Shown here piece after piece: positions 9,723-17,686 of a stretch of DNA of 64,000 bases. Position numbers and translations under genes: made by a program. Where the stretch lies: contig JAUXUT010000149.1 of NCBI GenBank assembly GCA_030680695.1, forward strand, positions 469,768 through 533,767. Reading direction: 5' to 3'. The DNA is from a bacterium (GTDB lineage: Bacteria > Patescibacteriota > Minisyncoccia > Phycocordibacterales > UBA6065). Numbering within the stretch: position 1 is the first letter of the stretch; the number at the start of each line of letters is the position of its first letter. The notes under the pieces are model-generated. The model was given only the letters and a program-made list of their open reading frames with translations, did no database searches and was not told the origin of the DNA.

Positions 9723-10145
9723 ATGAAAATCTCCCTCGTCACAGTTGGAAAAACAGACGGCGCAGAACTACGCGACGCGATCAACGAATATGAAAAGCGC
9801 CTTTCTCGATATATCCCGTTTGAAATCATCGAAACGACGGACGAAAAACTCGCCAAAGTCCTCGACCGATATGACCGCGTCTTCCTCCTCGACGACAAAG
9901 GCAAGGAATACTCGTCTATGGAATTCTCGTCATTCATAGACAAACAAATGACGACTGGGCTGCAATCTGTAGCTTTTGTTGTTGGTGGTCCATTCGGATT
10001 CACGGACGATGTGCGAGCGATGGCAGACGGCCTCATTTCCCTCTCGCGCATGACCTTCACCCATCAATTCGTACGCGCTGTATTTTTGGAGCAGTTGTAT
10101 CGGGCGTTCACAATTTTGCGAAACGAGAGGTATCATCACGAGTAA
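9723..10145 (+). CDS. rlmH: 23S rRNA (pseudouridine1915-N3)-methyltransferase RlmH
   Basis: MKISLVTVGK...FLLDDKGKEYSS...VAFVVGGPFGFTDDVR SPOUT motifs. Confidence 0.85.
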   Translation: MKISLVTVGKTDGAELRDAINEYEKRLSRYIPFEIIETTDEKLAKVLDRYDRVFLLDDKGKEYSSMEFSSFIDKQMTTGLQSVAFVVGGPFGFTDDVRAMADGLISLSRMTFTHQFVRAVFLEQLYRAFTILRNERYHHE

Positions 10146-10146
10146 A

Positions 10147-10180
10147 AACAAATAAAAAGCCGCGCCTTGTGCGGTGCGGA
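10147..10180 (-). terminator. minus-strand-oriented hairpin terminator directly downstream of orphan promoter
   Basis: plus aaaaacaaataaaaag-ccgcgcc-ttgt-gcggtgcgg; U-run only on minus strand. Confidence 0.45.
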
Positions 10181-10202
10181 AACCCAAAGCATTATCTATA
10201 TA

Positions 10203-10231
10203 TTATACACCCAATAAACTCAAAAGTCAAT
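10203..10231 (-). promoter_or_regulatory. near-consensus sigma70-type promoter (TTGACT-N17-TATAAT) firing leftward, member of repeated promoter family
   Basis: revcomp reads GGTATTGACTtttgagtttattgggTGTATAATATA; same extended motif at 45025-45053, 14905-14932, 20078-20105. Confidence 0.45.
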
Positions 10232-10275
10232 ACCTATCAAAGGCCGTGAAAATGGCTTAAAATAGGGCTCACATC

Positions 10276-11736
10276 ATGACAGCCTCCCTAAACCCATCTC
10301 AGAAGTCCCAAAAAGTCCACTTCATCGGCATTTGCGGCGTCGCAATGTCGGCCGTCGCTACAGCCCTGTGGCAGAAGGGATACAAGGTCACAGGGAGCGA
10401 CAGCGGCTTCTTCCCTCCTGTATCAACACACTTGTCGAATCTCGGCATCTCGTATTACCCTGGCTTCCATCCAGAAAAAATGATCGCGGCCCACGGTGAC
10501 GGACAAGAAAGTGGCGCGCCTGATTTCGTTGTGGTCGGCAACGCCATGGCAAGCAAAAATCCCGAAGTTGAATATGCACGCGAACACGGTATCGTCATCA
10601 AGTCATATCCCGAGGCCGTTGGTGAATTTTTGGTAAAGCCACACTCGATCGTCTGCACCGGCACATACGGAAAGACCACGACATCTGCCCTGCTCGCACA
10701 TATTTTGAAACATGCGAATCTGAAACCTTCGTATCTTATCGGCGGAGTGACGCAAGACGGATCGCCATCGGCCGCGATTGATTCGGGCGAATGGTCGGTG
10801 TGCGAGGGCGACGAGTACACCACAGCAAAATGGGACAAGCGCGCCAAGTTTATGCACTACAGGCCGACGCACCTTTTGATGACTGCAGTGAAATGGGATC
10901 ACGCCGATGTGTATCCGACCGAACAATCGTACTTTGACGCCTTTAAAGACCTCATCGCCCTTGTCCCAAAGTCTGACAATCCACACGACGGGCTTGTCCT
11001 CGCCTGCATAGATACCGAAACACTTCCTTCAATGCTTGCCGATGCGGGGCGCAATTATATTTCATACGGAAAAGACGAAAAAGCAGATTACCGATACGAG
11101 AACGTGCGCGAGAGCAAGGACGGCATATTGTTTGACATCGTCTATCATGGCAAAACGTACGGCATCGAATCCCCTCTCCTGGGTGCCTACAACGCAGAAA
11201 ATGTCACCGGATGTTTTGCTATGGCCAAGGAGATCGGCATCGCCCCGTCCGACATCACTGACGCCATCAAATCGTTCCGCGGTATGAAACGCCGTCTGGA
11301 AAAACGATACGAGAATCATGTGACGGTAATTGATGACATCGCCCACTCGCCAGAAAAAGCCAAGTCCGTGCTTAAAACATTGCGCGGAATATATCGCGGA
11401 ACGATCACCGCCGTATACGAGCCGAATTCCGGCAACCGCACACCACAATCTAAACCAGCCTACGCCGAGGCGTTTAAAGGTGCCGACCGCGTGGTCATCC
11501 CTCGCCTGTCGAAATTGAAGGTGGACGCCGCAAATCCCGAGAAAACATTTGAAGGAGACGAGCTCGCCGCAACCATCGCCCTCACCCATCCAAACGTCCA
11601 ATACATCGAAGACGATGCGGCCCTCGTTGAATCTGTCACCGCAAACTGCAAAGACGGCGATGTTATTGTTTTCCTCGGCTCGCATGGTTTTCGTGGGATG
11701 ATTGAAGAAACGGTCGAGAAGGTCGCAAGGTTATAA
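10276..11736 (+). CDS. Mur ligase family protein (UDP-N-acetylmuramate--L-alanine ligase MurC / murein peptide ligase Mpl-like)
   Basis: 486 aa; HFIGICGVAMSAVA...GSDSG N-terminus, TGTYGKTTTSALLAH P-loop, VIDDIAHSP. Confidence 0.8.
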   Translation: MTASLNPSQKSQKVHFIGICGVAMSAVATALWQKGYKVTGSDSGFFPPVSTHLSNLGISYYPGFHPEKMIAAHGDGQESGAPDFVVVGNAMASKNPEVEYAREHGIVIKSYPEAVGEFLVKPHSIVCTGTYGKTTTSALLAHILKHANLKPSYLIGGVTQDGSPSAAIDSGEWSVCEGDEYTTAKWDKRAKFMHYRPTHLLMTAVKWDHADVYPTEQSYFDAFKDLIALVPKSDNPHDGLVLACIDTETLPSMLADAGRNYISYGKDEKADYRYENVRESKDGILFDIVYHGKTYGIESPLLGAYNAENVTGCFAMAKEIGIAPSDITDAIKSFRGMKRRLEKRYENHVTVIDDIAHSPEKAKSVLKTLRGIYRGTITAVYEPNSGNRTPQSKPAYAEAFKGADRVVIPRLSKLKVDAANPEKTFEGDELAATIALTHPNVQYIEDDAALVESVTANCKDGDVIVFLGSHGFRGMIEETVEKVARL

Positions 11737-11747
11737 AGAAATTATAA

Positions 11748-11778
11748 AGAAAAGCCCCTCCGCGAGGAGGGGCTTTGA
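11748..11778. terminator. bidirectional intrinsic terminator
   Basis: aaagcccctcc-gcga-ggaggggcttt. Confidence 0.55.
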
Positions 11779-11820
11779 ACGAGCGCGCGAAGCGCTCGGT
11801 TAACTATTCGTCCTTTACCT

Positions 11821-12666
11821 TCATCCTTTCCAGTGGACGAAGACCAGATTCCTGGACTTGTCCCCGCGTCGGTGTGAATGCCAGGCGGGTGTGCCGTCGG
11901 GCAAACGGTCGGCGAAGGTGTCGTGCCGATCGCTCGAAACATGGGCCTTTGAGACTCCGAGATTTGAGAGCTGGGCCTCGACAACCCTGAAGACGTCCAT
12001 GCGCCCGAGCTCGAGCGGTCCAGGGAAACAGTGGAATCCCAGGACGTTCGAAACACGATGCACCATCTGCAGATTGCGACCCCCATGGGTCGGGTGGTCA
12101 AACCGATGCTCAAAGCTTTCGGGCCCGATACCCAAGGCGAGGAACGCCTGGATATGGGACCGATACTCCGACGTGGGGTGAAGATACCTGACCATGTTGC
12201 CAACCAATCCGCGCAGGAGCGAATCCCGCGAGGCGTGGCCGACAACTGCCTTGCGCACCCATGATGACCACAAAACGAGCGTCGGGCAATCGGCGCTCGC
12301 GATAGCGACCGCGGAACGAGGCCCGATGGCCACAGCATCCGCAGATACACCGTCACGCACGATGACTGACCCAAACTCACGAGCACCAAACCGATACGGG
12401 CTGGCGACAAGTCCGTTGCACTTGGAAACGCTCGGCAGGAAAAGTTCCCGCACACCGCGATCCGCCGCATAACTGACTGCAGCCAGCATGTTCTCGGCGG
12501 TAATTCCCTTCCAATCCCGTCCAGTGCCTTCGAGGCAAATCTGGAGCGAATCGTTCAGAGGAAACGGCGTAATGATAATGCTGTTTGTATTCACTGTGTC
12601 TCCCCGGCGACGGGGCGTTTGTCTTTCGACTTGTTTTGGTATGTTCATAAAAAACTCCTTGGTCAT
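11821..12666 (-). CDS. PgeF/YfiH-family (DUF152, laccase-domain) peptidoglycan editing factor-like protein
   Basis: AVAIASADCPTLVL (ADCvPvl), AVVGHASRDSLLRGL (aaHAGWRG-like), LGIGPESFE, WHSHRRGDKSRN (SyRRd..tGR) motifs; first ATG at 12666 (track ORF begins at TTG 12693); lies in ~65-70% GC block. Confidence 0.6.
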   Translation of the reverse strand: MTKEFFMNIPKQVERQTPRRRGDTVNTNSIIITPFPLNDSLQICLEGTGRDWKGITAENMLAAVSYAADRGVRELFLPSVSKCNGLVASPYRFGAREFGSVIVRDGVSADAVAIGPRSAVAIASADCPTLVLWSSWVRKAVVGHASRDSLLRGLVGNMVRYLHPTSEYRSHIQAFLALGIGPESFEHRFDHPTHGGRNLQMVHRVSNVLGFHCFPGPLELGRMDVFRVVEAQLSNLGVSKAHVSSDRHDTFADRLPDGTPAWHSHRRGDKSRNLVFVHWKG

Positions 12667-12731
12667 ATAACCACAGGAGCTTTCATAGGGCAAGGAAAAG
12701 GCTGGATTGAGAGATGGACTGGATCCGTGGT

Positions 12732-12896
12732 CTATTTACCCTCGTCCACGATTTCCGTCGTAACAACGCCATTATCAAGCGATCGAACCTCGAGCATGAT
12801 GCCGCAAGCCTGGCATTCAAGTACGTACCCAACCGCTATTTGCGGATGGACCGACACGTCGATGTCGTTTTTGCATTCAGGGCAGATGCATTTCAT
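12732..12896 (-). CDS. small zinc-ribbon protein (LysW-like CPEC...C..CG fold), 54 aa
   Basis: MKCICPECKNDIDVSVHPQIAVGYVLECQACGIMLEVRSLDNGVVTTEIVDEGK; pattern matches LysW carrier proteins; ATG at 12896. Confidence 0.4.
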   Translation of the reverse strand: MKCICPECKNDIDVSVHPQIAVGYVLECQACGIMLEVRSLDNGVVTTEIVDEGK

Positions 12897-12938
12897 AGGC
12901 TTTATATGATACCCGAAACGAGCTAAGATACAAATGCC

Positions 12939-13838
12939 ATGATCACGCCTCAAACTGAACACCCAGATATCGCTGCTGCCCTCGGCGTACCTCGTCTTTA
13001 CCTCAAACGAGAAGACTTGCACCCGTACGGCTCGCATAAAGGCCGATCCATACCGACCATGATTGATATCAAGGCGGCTGATGGCCGTAAGGAGTTTGCT
13101 ATATCATCGTCCGGCAACGCTGCACTCGCGGCAATCCGTCACATTGTCCACAAAAACAGCGGTCTCAAAGAAGAAGAAGATCGCCTCTCGCTCTCGATTA
13201 TTGTTGGTGAGCGTATAGACACCGACAAGGAGCAAATTCTGATTGTTGAGGCGAAAAACGCAGGCGAGACATCGGCCGGCCGCATATCTATATCGCAATC
13301 CCCTCGCCCCCTCAAAGCCCTCTTCGATCTCATTAAGGGCAATCGCCACGACAGCCTGCGCCAATCCGTTGATGACAACGCCCTCATCGGATACGAATCA
13401 CTTGCGGCCGAACTTGCTCGGACACCTGAACTTGCAGCTGTTTTCATACCGACGTCCTCGGGTACTGCGGCTCAGGCCATCGCAGAATTCTTTGTAGCGA
13501 ACAAAAAACCTTCGGCGGTGCACATCGTCCAAACAACATCCTGCCATCCAATTGTGAATGGTTTCGATCGTGCCGATTCATCAGAAACTTCGATGGCTGA
13601 TGCTATAGTCGACAAAGTTGCCTATCGTCGTGCCAAACTTGTTGAAGTTATAAAAAAGACCGCCGGATCGGGCTGGATTGCTACCAACACAGAAATCGCC
13701 CGTGCCCAAGACCTTTTACGAGCCTCAGGTGTCGAAACTACCGCGAACGGCGCATTGGGCCTCGCAGGACTTATCCGAGCCTGTGCCAAAGGTGCGACCT
13801 TCACCGGATCAGTAGTGTGCGTTATCACCGGCAAATAA
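12939..13838 (+). CDS. fold-type II PLP-dependent enzyme (tryptophan synthase beta superfamily; ACC-deaminase/D-cysteine desulfhydrase-like)
   Basis: LYLKREDLHPYGSHKGRS lysine motif near N-terminus, Gly-rich SSGNAALAAI, 299 aa. Confidence 0.6.
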   Translation: MITPQTEHPDIAAALGVPRLYLKREDLHPYGSHKGRSIPTMIDIKAADGRKEFAISSSGNAALAAIRHIVHKNSGLKEEEDRLSLSIIVGERIDTDKEQILIVEAKNAGETSAGRISISQSPRPLKALFDLIKGNRHDSLRQSVDDNALIGYESLAAELARTPELAAVFIPTSSGTAAQAIAEFFVANKKPSAVHIVQTTSCHPIVNGFDRADSSETSMADAIVDKVAYRRAKLVEVIKKTAGSGWIATNTEIARAQDLLRASGVETTANGALGLAGLIRACAKGATFTGSVVCVITGK

Positions 13839-13878
13839 GGGCTAGACAAAGACTAGACAAAGGTCGAAATGGACAAGC

Positions 13879-13907
13879 AAAAAGCCCCTCCGAAAAGGGG
13901 CTTTTGA
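13879..13907. terminator. bidirectional intrinsic terminator
   Basis: aaaagcccctccgaaaaggggcttttg. Confidence 0.55.
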
Positions 13908-14248
13908 AATTTTTGCGAATGCCTACTAGGCGGCGCGGCGCGTGATAAGAGCAATTGATGGCATACGGCGCGGCGCGGGCGCCGGGCCTCCGTGATGGGA
14001 CTTGGGCGGTGTGCCTGGGATTTTTTCCGCCAATTGAACCTCGGGCGGGATATGCCGATGCGCCTCGCGGCGATCTGCGGGGTTTCCAAGATCGGGACCA
14101 CTCATCTGACCGTTCCATTTACGGTGCATAGCTGTAGGGTACTCTGATGGCGACGATCATTCGTCATAAGCGGTGGGAGTGCTGCCCCATGCCTACTTGT
14201 GCCATTTGAATATATATTGCTCCGCGTTATGAAAAAAGTCAAAGTAAA

Positions 14249-14283
14249 AACAAATAAAAAGGAGGCCCTCCATAGGGCCTCCT
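14249..14283 (-). terminator. intrinsic terminator for minus-strand gene 14297-14812
   Basis: plus aaataaaaa-ggaggccct-ccat-agggcctcc. Confidence 0.5.
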
Positions 14284-14296
14284 GATAACTTGTTGT

Positions 14297-14812
14297 TCAG
14301 CTCGCGCGCGACTTGGAGGCCTGGGCCTCGTCCATCGCTTGGCCGAGCTGCGCCATCGGGTCCGACGCCTTCGAACGCTGGGCCGGGAACGGCACCATCG
14401 ATCCGATCTTCGGCGTGCGGCGCGGTTTCGGGGTCTGGCCGTGCGTCGCCTTCACCGGGATTTTCGGTTGGATATTCACGGACTTGGCCTCGTCGTATTC
14501 GGCGAGGGCCTTGTCCCACGAGGCCAACGAGCACCAGCGGAATGCCTGGGCCATCTTCTCGCCCGGGCGCTGACCCGCGACGAACGCCACCAGCAACTCG
14601 CTGGTCGGGAGTCTGGGATTTTCCAGGCTCTCGAACACCGGTCGGCCAGTGTTGGCGTTGGGGTCGAACACTGCACGGCAGGCATCTTGGACACGGAAGT
14701 AAACCCGGTCCCCATGCTCGCTGGCGATCGTTCCGGTGCCATGTCGTTGGTCGACCATGACAACCAGTCCAAACTCCACCCGTGCCGATACTTGGGATTT
14801 CTTTGATTTCAT
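14297..14812 (-). CDS. cold-shock-domain-like protein with basic disordered C-terminal tail
   Basis: GLVVMVDQRHGTGTIASEHGDRVYFRVQDA resembles CSD core (GxVKWFN..KGFGFI...DVFVH); chosen over overlapping frames in high-GC region; own promoter and terminator. Confidence 0.4.
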   Translation of the reverse strand: MKSKKSQVSARVEFGLVVMVDQRHGTGTIASEHGDRVYFRVQDACRAVFDPNANTGRPVFESLENPRLPTSELLVAFVAGQRPGEKMAQAFRWCSLASWDKALAEYDEAKSVNIQPKIPVKATHGQTPKPRRTPKIGSMVPFPAQRSKASDPMAQLGQAMDEAQASKSRAS

Positions 14813-14904
14813 GAGGTAAGGAGCAACAATACAATGATGAGCGACTGAGTAACCCAGTCTTAAGGAATCGGCCCCTAGGCCTCTCCCATAGCTCTTTACC
14901 CTCT

Positions 14905-14932
14905 ATTATAGCATATTAGACAGAAAAGTCAA
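14905..14932 (-). promoter_or_regulatory. near-consensus promoter TTGACT-N16-TATAAT for the CSD-like gene
   Basis: revcomp GGTATTGAGGCTATTGACTtttctgtctaatatgcTATAATAGAGGG. Confidence 0.45.
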
Positions 14933-14961
14933 TAGCCTCAATACCAAGCCTCGATACCCAC

Positions 14962-14991
14962 AAAAAAGCGCCATTTTAGGCGCTTTTTTTG
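14962..14991. terminator. bidirectional terminator downstream of pyk
   Basis: caaaaaagcgcc-atttta-ggcgcttttttt. Confidence 0.6.
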
Positions 14992-15003
14992 TGAATCTGT
15001 AAA

Positions 15004-16416
15004 CTAGAGCGTTTCTACAAGCAACATGTTCGTTTCTGTCGACTTGCCGAAAGGCAGGGCCGAAGCCATGACCACCCTGTCCCCTTTCTTGGCGAGTTTG
15101 CCTTTGAGGAAGTGCTCACGGACCATCTGGGCCACCTGATTGAAGTCCGTCGTCTTGTGGACAAGAACCGGCGTCGTGCCCCAGGAGAGGATAGACTGCC
15201 TGAAAGTCACTTCGTTAGGGGTAAAGACGAAGATTGGCTGTGTCGGCCTGTGGCGGGACATGAGGCGAGCCGAGCGGCCAGACTGGGTGAACGATACAAG
15301 ATATTTGGCACCTGTCCTGTCTGCATTTTTAACCGCGGAAAGTGTCACCGATTCACCAGTTGCAAGTGATGCGCCTGGGGCGATATCAAGGAGTTGTTTT
15401 TTGACGTGGGTCAATTCGATCTGGGCCGCGACGCTCGACATGACTTTGACTGCCTCGACTGGGAAATCACCAAGAGTAGTTTCTTCCGAAAGCATAACTG
15501 CATCGGTGCCGTCGATGATGGCATTTGCAACGTCAGATACTTCGGCGCGAGTAGGAACCGGCGCCTTGATCATAGATTCAAGCATCTGAGTCGCCGTGAT
15601 GACCGGTAGACCTCGCTCGTTACATTTCCTGATGAGCATCTTCTGGGCCGCAGGGACTTTCTCGGCAGGAATTTCAATGGCAAGGTCACCTCGGGCAACC
15701 ATCACGCCGTCAACAAGGTCGAGAATGTCATCGATATGAGTAAGAGCCTGTGGAGTTTCAATCTTGGCGATTATTCGGGCCTTAGACTTTTTTGCATTCA
15801 AAATATCGCGGAGCTCCTTGATGTCTTCCGGGCGTCGCACGAATGACAGCGCATAGAAGTCCACCTTGTTCTTGATACCGAACTCGAGATCTACGCGGTC
15901 CTTTTCTGTAAGAGCCGAAATAGAAAGATCAGAATCTGGAAGGTTCACGCCGCGCTTGCCTTTTATCTCGCCGCCGATGATGACCTTACAAATGACGTCT
16001 TTGCCTTTCACGTCGAGCACTTCAAGTTTCTTGCGTCCGTCGTGGAGGAACACGATGTGGCCCTTCTTCACTTCTTTTGCGAAGTTTGGGTAATTAACCG
16101 AAACACAGGTCTCGTCGCCCTCGATTTTCTCGGTCGTAATCGTGAACTTGGCGCCTTCTTTAAGCATTACAGAGTCAGTTTTGAAGGTACCGATGCGGAT
16201 TTTCGGTCCAGCAAGGTCCTGCAAAGTCGCCGCGGGAATACCGGTTTTCGCGGTCGCCTTCTTGAGATTGTCCACCCTGCCCTGATGTTCTTTGAAATCT
16301 CCGTGCGAGAAGTTAAGGCGCATGACATTCATGCCAGCCTTCAGGAGTTCGGTGAGTTTTGCTTCGGATTCGGTAGCGGGGCCTATGGTGCAGACGATCT
16401 TGGTTTTCTTGGTCAT
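15004..16416 (-). CDS. pyk: pyruvate kinase
   Basis: 470 aa; MTKKTKIVCTIGPATESE...MNVMRLNFSHGD...MVARGDLAIEIP canonical PK motifs. Confidence 0.9.
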   Translation of the reverse strand: MTKKTKIVCTIGPATESEAKLTELLKAGMNVMRLNFSHGDFKEHQGRVDNLKKATAKTGIPAATLQDLAGPKIRIGTFKTDSVMLKEGAKFTITTEKIEGDETCVSVNYPNFAKEVKKGHIVFLHDGRKKLEVLDVKGKDVICKVIIGGEIKGKRGVNLPDSDLSISALTEKDRVDLEFGIKNKVDFYALSFVRRPEDIKELRDILNAKKSKARIIAKIETPQALTHIDDILDLVDGVMVARGDLAIEIPAEKVPAAQKMLIRKCNERGLPVITATQMLESMIKAPVPTRAEVSDVANAIIDGTDAVMLSEETTLGDFPVEAVKVMSSVAAQIELTHVKKQLLDIAPGASLATGESVTLSAVKNADRTGAKYLVSFTQSGRSARLMSRHRPTQPIFVFTPNEVTFRQSILSWGTTPVLVHKTTDFNQVAQMVREHFLKGKLAKKGDRVVMASALPFGKSTETNMLLVETL

Positions 16417-16514
16417 TAAGTTAGCTAGTTTTGATAAATTTAAAATAAAGTGAGGTCATATCATACAGAAACCGCCCCTCTATTACAAGGAGGTGGTCAG
16501 AAATTTGCGCATGA

Positions 16515-17186
16515 CTAAACAGTTGCGGCAGGACCAGCTGGTGGAATTATGACGGCCGGCGGTGCGATTGGCTCGGCGACGAGCGGCAACGGCGCGCCCT
16601 TAATTTTCTGATATACGTACACAGTGACGAGGAGAGAAAGCGGCACTGTAATGAGAAGACCAAGGCCCATGGCAAGCGCGCCGAAAAAATTCAAAACCAA
16701 TAAACAAACGCTGAGGCCGAAAAGTTTCCAGAAATGGCCCTTTGTTATGGCCCAGCTTTTCTTGAGGGAATGAATAGGCCGAAGTCCTTCATCGACCATA
16801 ATGAATCCGAAAAATCCAAAACGAATAATGGATATGATGCCCGGAACGATAATAAGAGCGAGACCAATCAAATTCATTGCCGAATACGCGAGCGAGGCAA
16901 GAATATAGAATCCAAAAATCTCTGGCTTGAATTCAAAAAGGTTGTTCCAGAATGGCTTCTCGCCCTTCCCTATTTTCAATCCAAAACGAACGAACGTGAA
17001 CATCGCAAAAAACGAAACAAATATATTTACAAACTTGCCAATAGTGAATTCATCACGAGGGCCGGACTCAAGGGCGGCGCCAAGGACAAAAAACGCCAAG
17101 GCGAGGAGAACGAGGAACCAGAAATTCTCTGATAGCTTGTTCCAGCCGTACGAGAACGCGTCTTTAATTGTGAATGCAGGTGTCAT
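16515..17186 (-). CDS. polytopic membrane protein (DUF975/YciC-like)
   Basis: 223 aa, 5-6 TM helices, N-terminal ...IKDAFSYGWNKL... pattern. Confidence 0.45.
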   Translation of the reverse strand: MTPAFTIKDAFSYGWNKLSENFWFLVLLALAFFVLGAALESGPRDEFTIGKFVNIFVSFFAMFTFVRFGLKIGKGEKPFWNNLFEFKPEIFGFYILASLAYSAMNLIGLALIIVPGIISIIRFGFFGFIMVDEGLRPIHSLKKSWAITKGHFWKLFGLSVCLLVLNFFGALAMGLGLLITVPLSLLVTVYVYQKIKGAPLPLVAEPIAPPAVIIPPAGPAATV

Positions 17187-17211
17187 ATAAATAATATTAA
17201 CCCGTAATTTG

Positions 17212-17284
17212 TGCGCGTACTAGGATTTGAACCTAGGACCCCATCAGTATCAGTGATGTGCTCTACCAACTGAGCTATACGCGC
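17212..17284 (-). tRNA. tRNA-Ile (anticodon GAU)
   Basis: GCGCGTATAGCTCAGTTGGTAGAGCACATCACTGATACTGATGGGGTCCTAGGTTCAAATCCTAGTACGCGCA folds as cloverleaf: 7-bp acceptor, GCTC/GAGC D-stem, CATCA/TGATG anticodon stem, loop CUGAUAC, TPsiC loop UUCAAAU; CCA not encoded. Confidence 0.9.
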
Positions 17285-17352
17285 ATATGTTTTGGACCTG
17301 TCTATATGTCCCTGAGCCTCGAAAATATAGCAAAAACTAGTGCTTTCGGCAA

Positions 17353-17379
17353 TGAAAAGCCCCTGCATGTGCAGGGGCT
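17353..17379 (-). terminator. intrinsic terminator after small ORFs, upstream of tRNA-Ile
   Basis: plus gaaaa-gcccctgca-tg-tgcaggggc; U-run on minus strand. Confidence 0.5.
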
Positions 17380-17431
17380 CGTGCGACAGTGCTGGCTGTG
17401 CGGGTGGCGGTCGAGTAACGTCACCTGACGG

Positions 17432-17587
17432 TTACTTGACCGTAAAGACACCGAATTGATAAAGGAGCACGGTCGCGATGGCGAGAATCACGATGAGACT
17501 CGCCACGAGTGGCATAACAGGCTGTCCCGCGTCGGGGCGGCCCTTGTGCCACGGGTGGGGCGGTTGGACTGGGCTACGGTTGTGCAT
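17432..17587 (-). CDS. small single-TM protein (51 aa)
   Basis: Hand translation MHNRSPVQPPHPWHKGRPDAGQPVMPLVASLIVILAIATVLLYQFGVFTVK*; between 83-aa ORF and terminator; below track cutoff. Confidence 0.3.
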   Translation of the reverse strand: MHNRSPVQPPHPWHKGRPDAGQPVMPLVASLIVILAIATVLLYQFGVFTVK

Positions 17588-17686
17588 GGCAAGGTGTTTT
17601 CTCTACTCTACCCTCGTATCAGAAAAAGTAAAGGCGCCGGGCTGTGAAGCGGCGGCGCCATTTGGTTTGGAGAAATTTACCAGTGT

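Noticed and set aside
12732-12896. Calling a complete LysW-type AAA lysine/arginine biosynthesis cluster
   Set aside because: Only the zinc-ribbon protein is present; no LysX/Z/Y/J/K homologs are adjacent, and its C-terminus lacks the terminal Glu. It is reported only as a LysW-like fold.
14193-14834. Long overlapping ORFs in alternative frames of the high-GC block (14193-14834, 14290-14760, 14339-14806, 11742-12470, 13825-14129)
   Set aside because: Stop-poor frames are expected at 65-70% GC, and the translations are Arg/Pro/Gly-rich low-complexity. Only the frames with recognisable motifs (PgeF-like, CSD-like) were kept.
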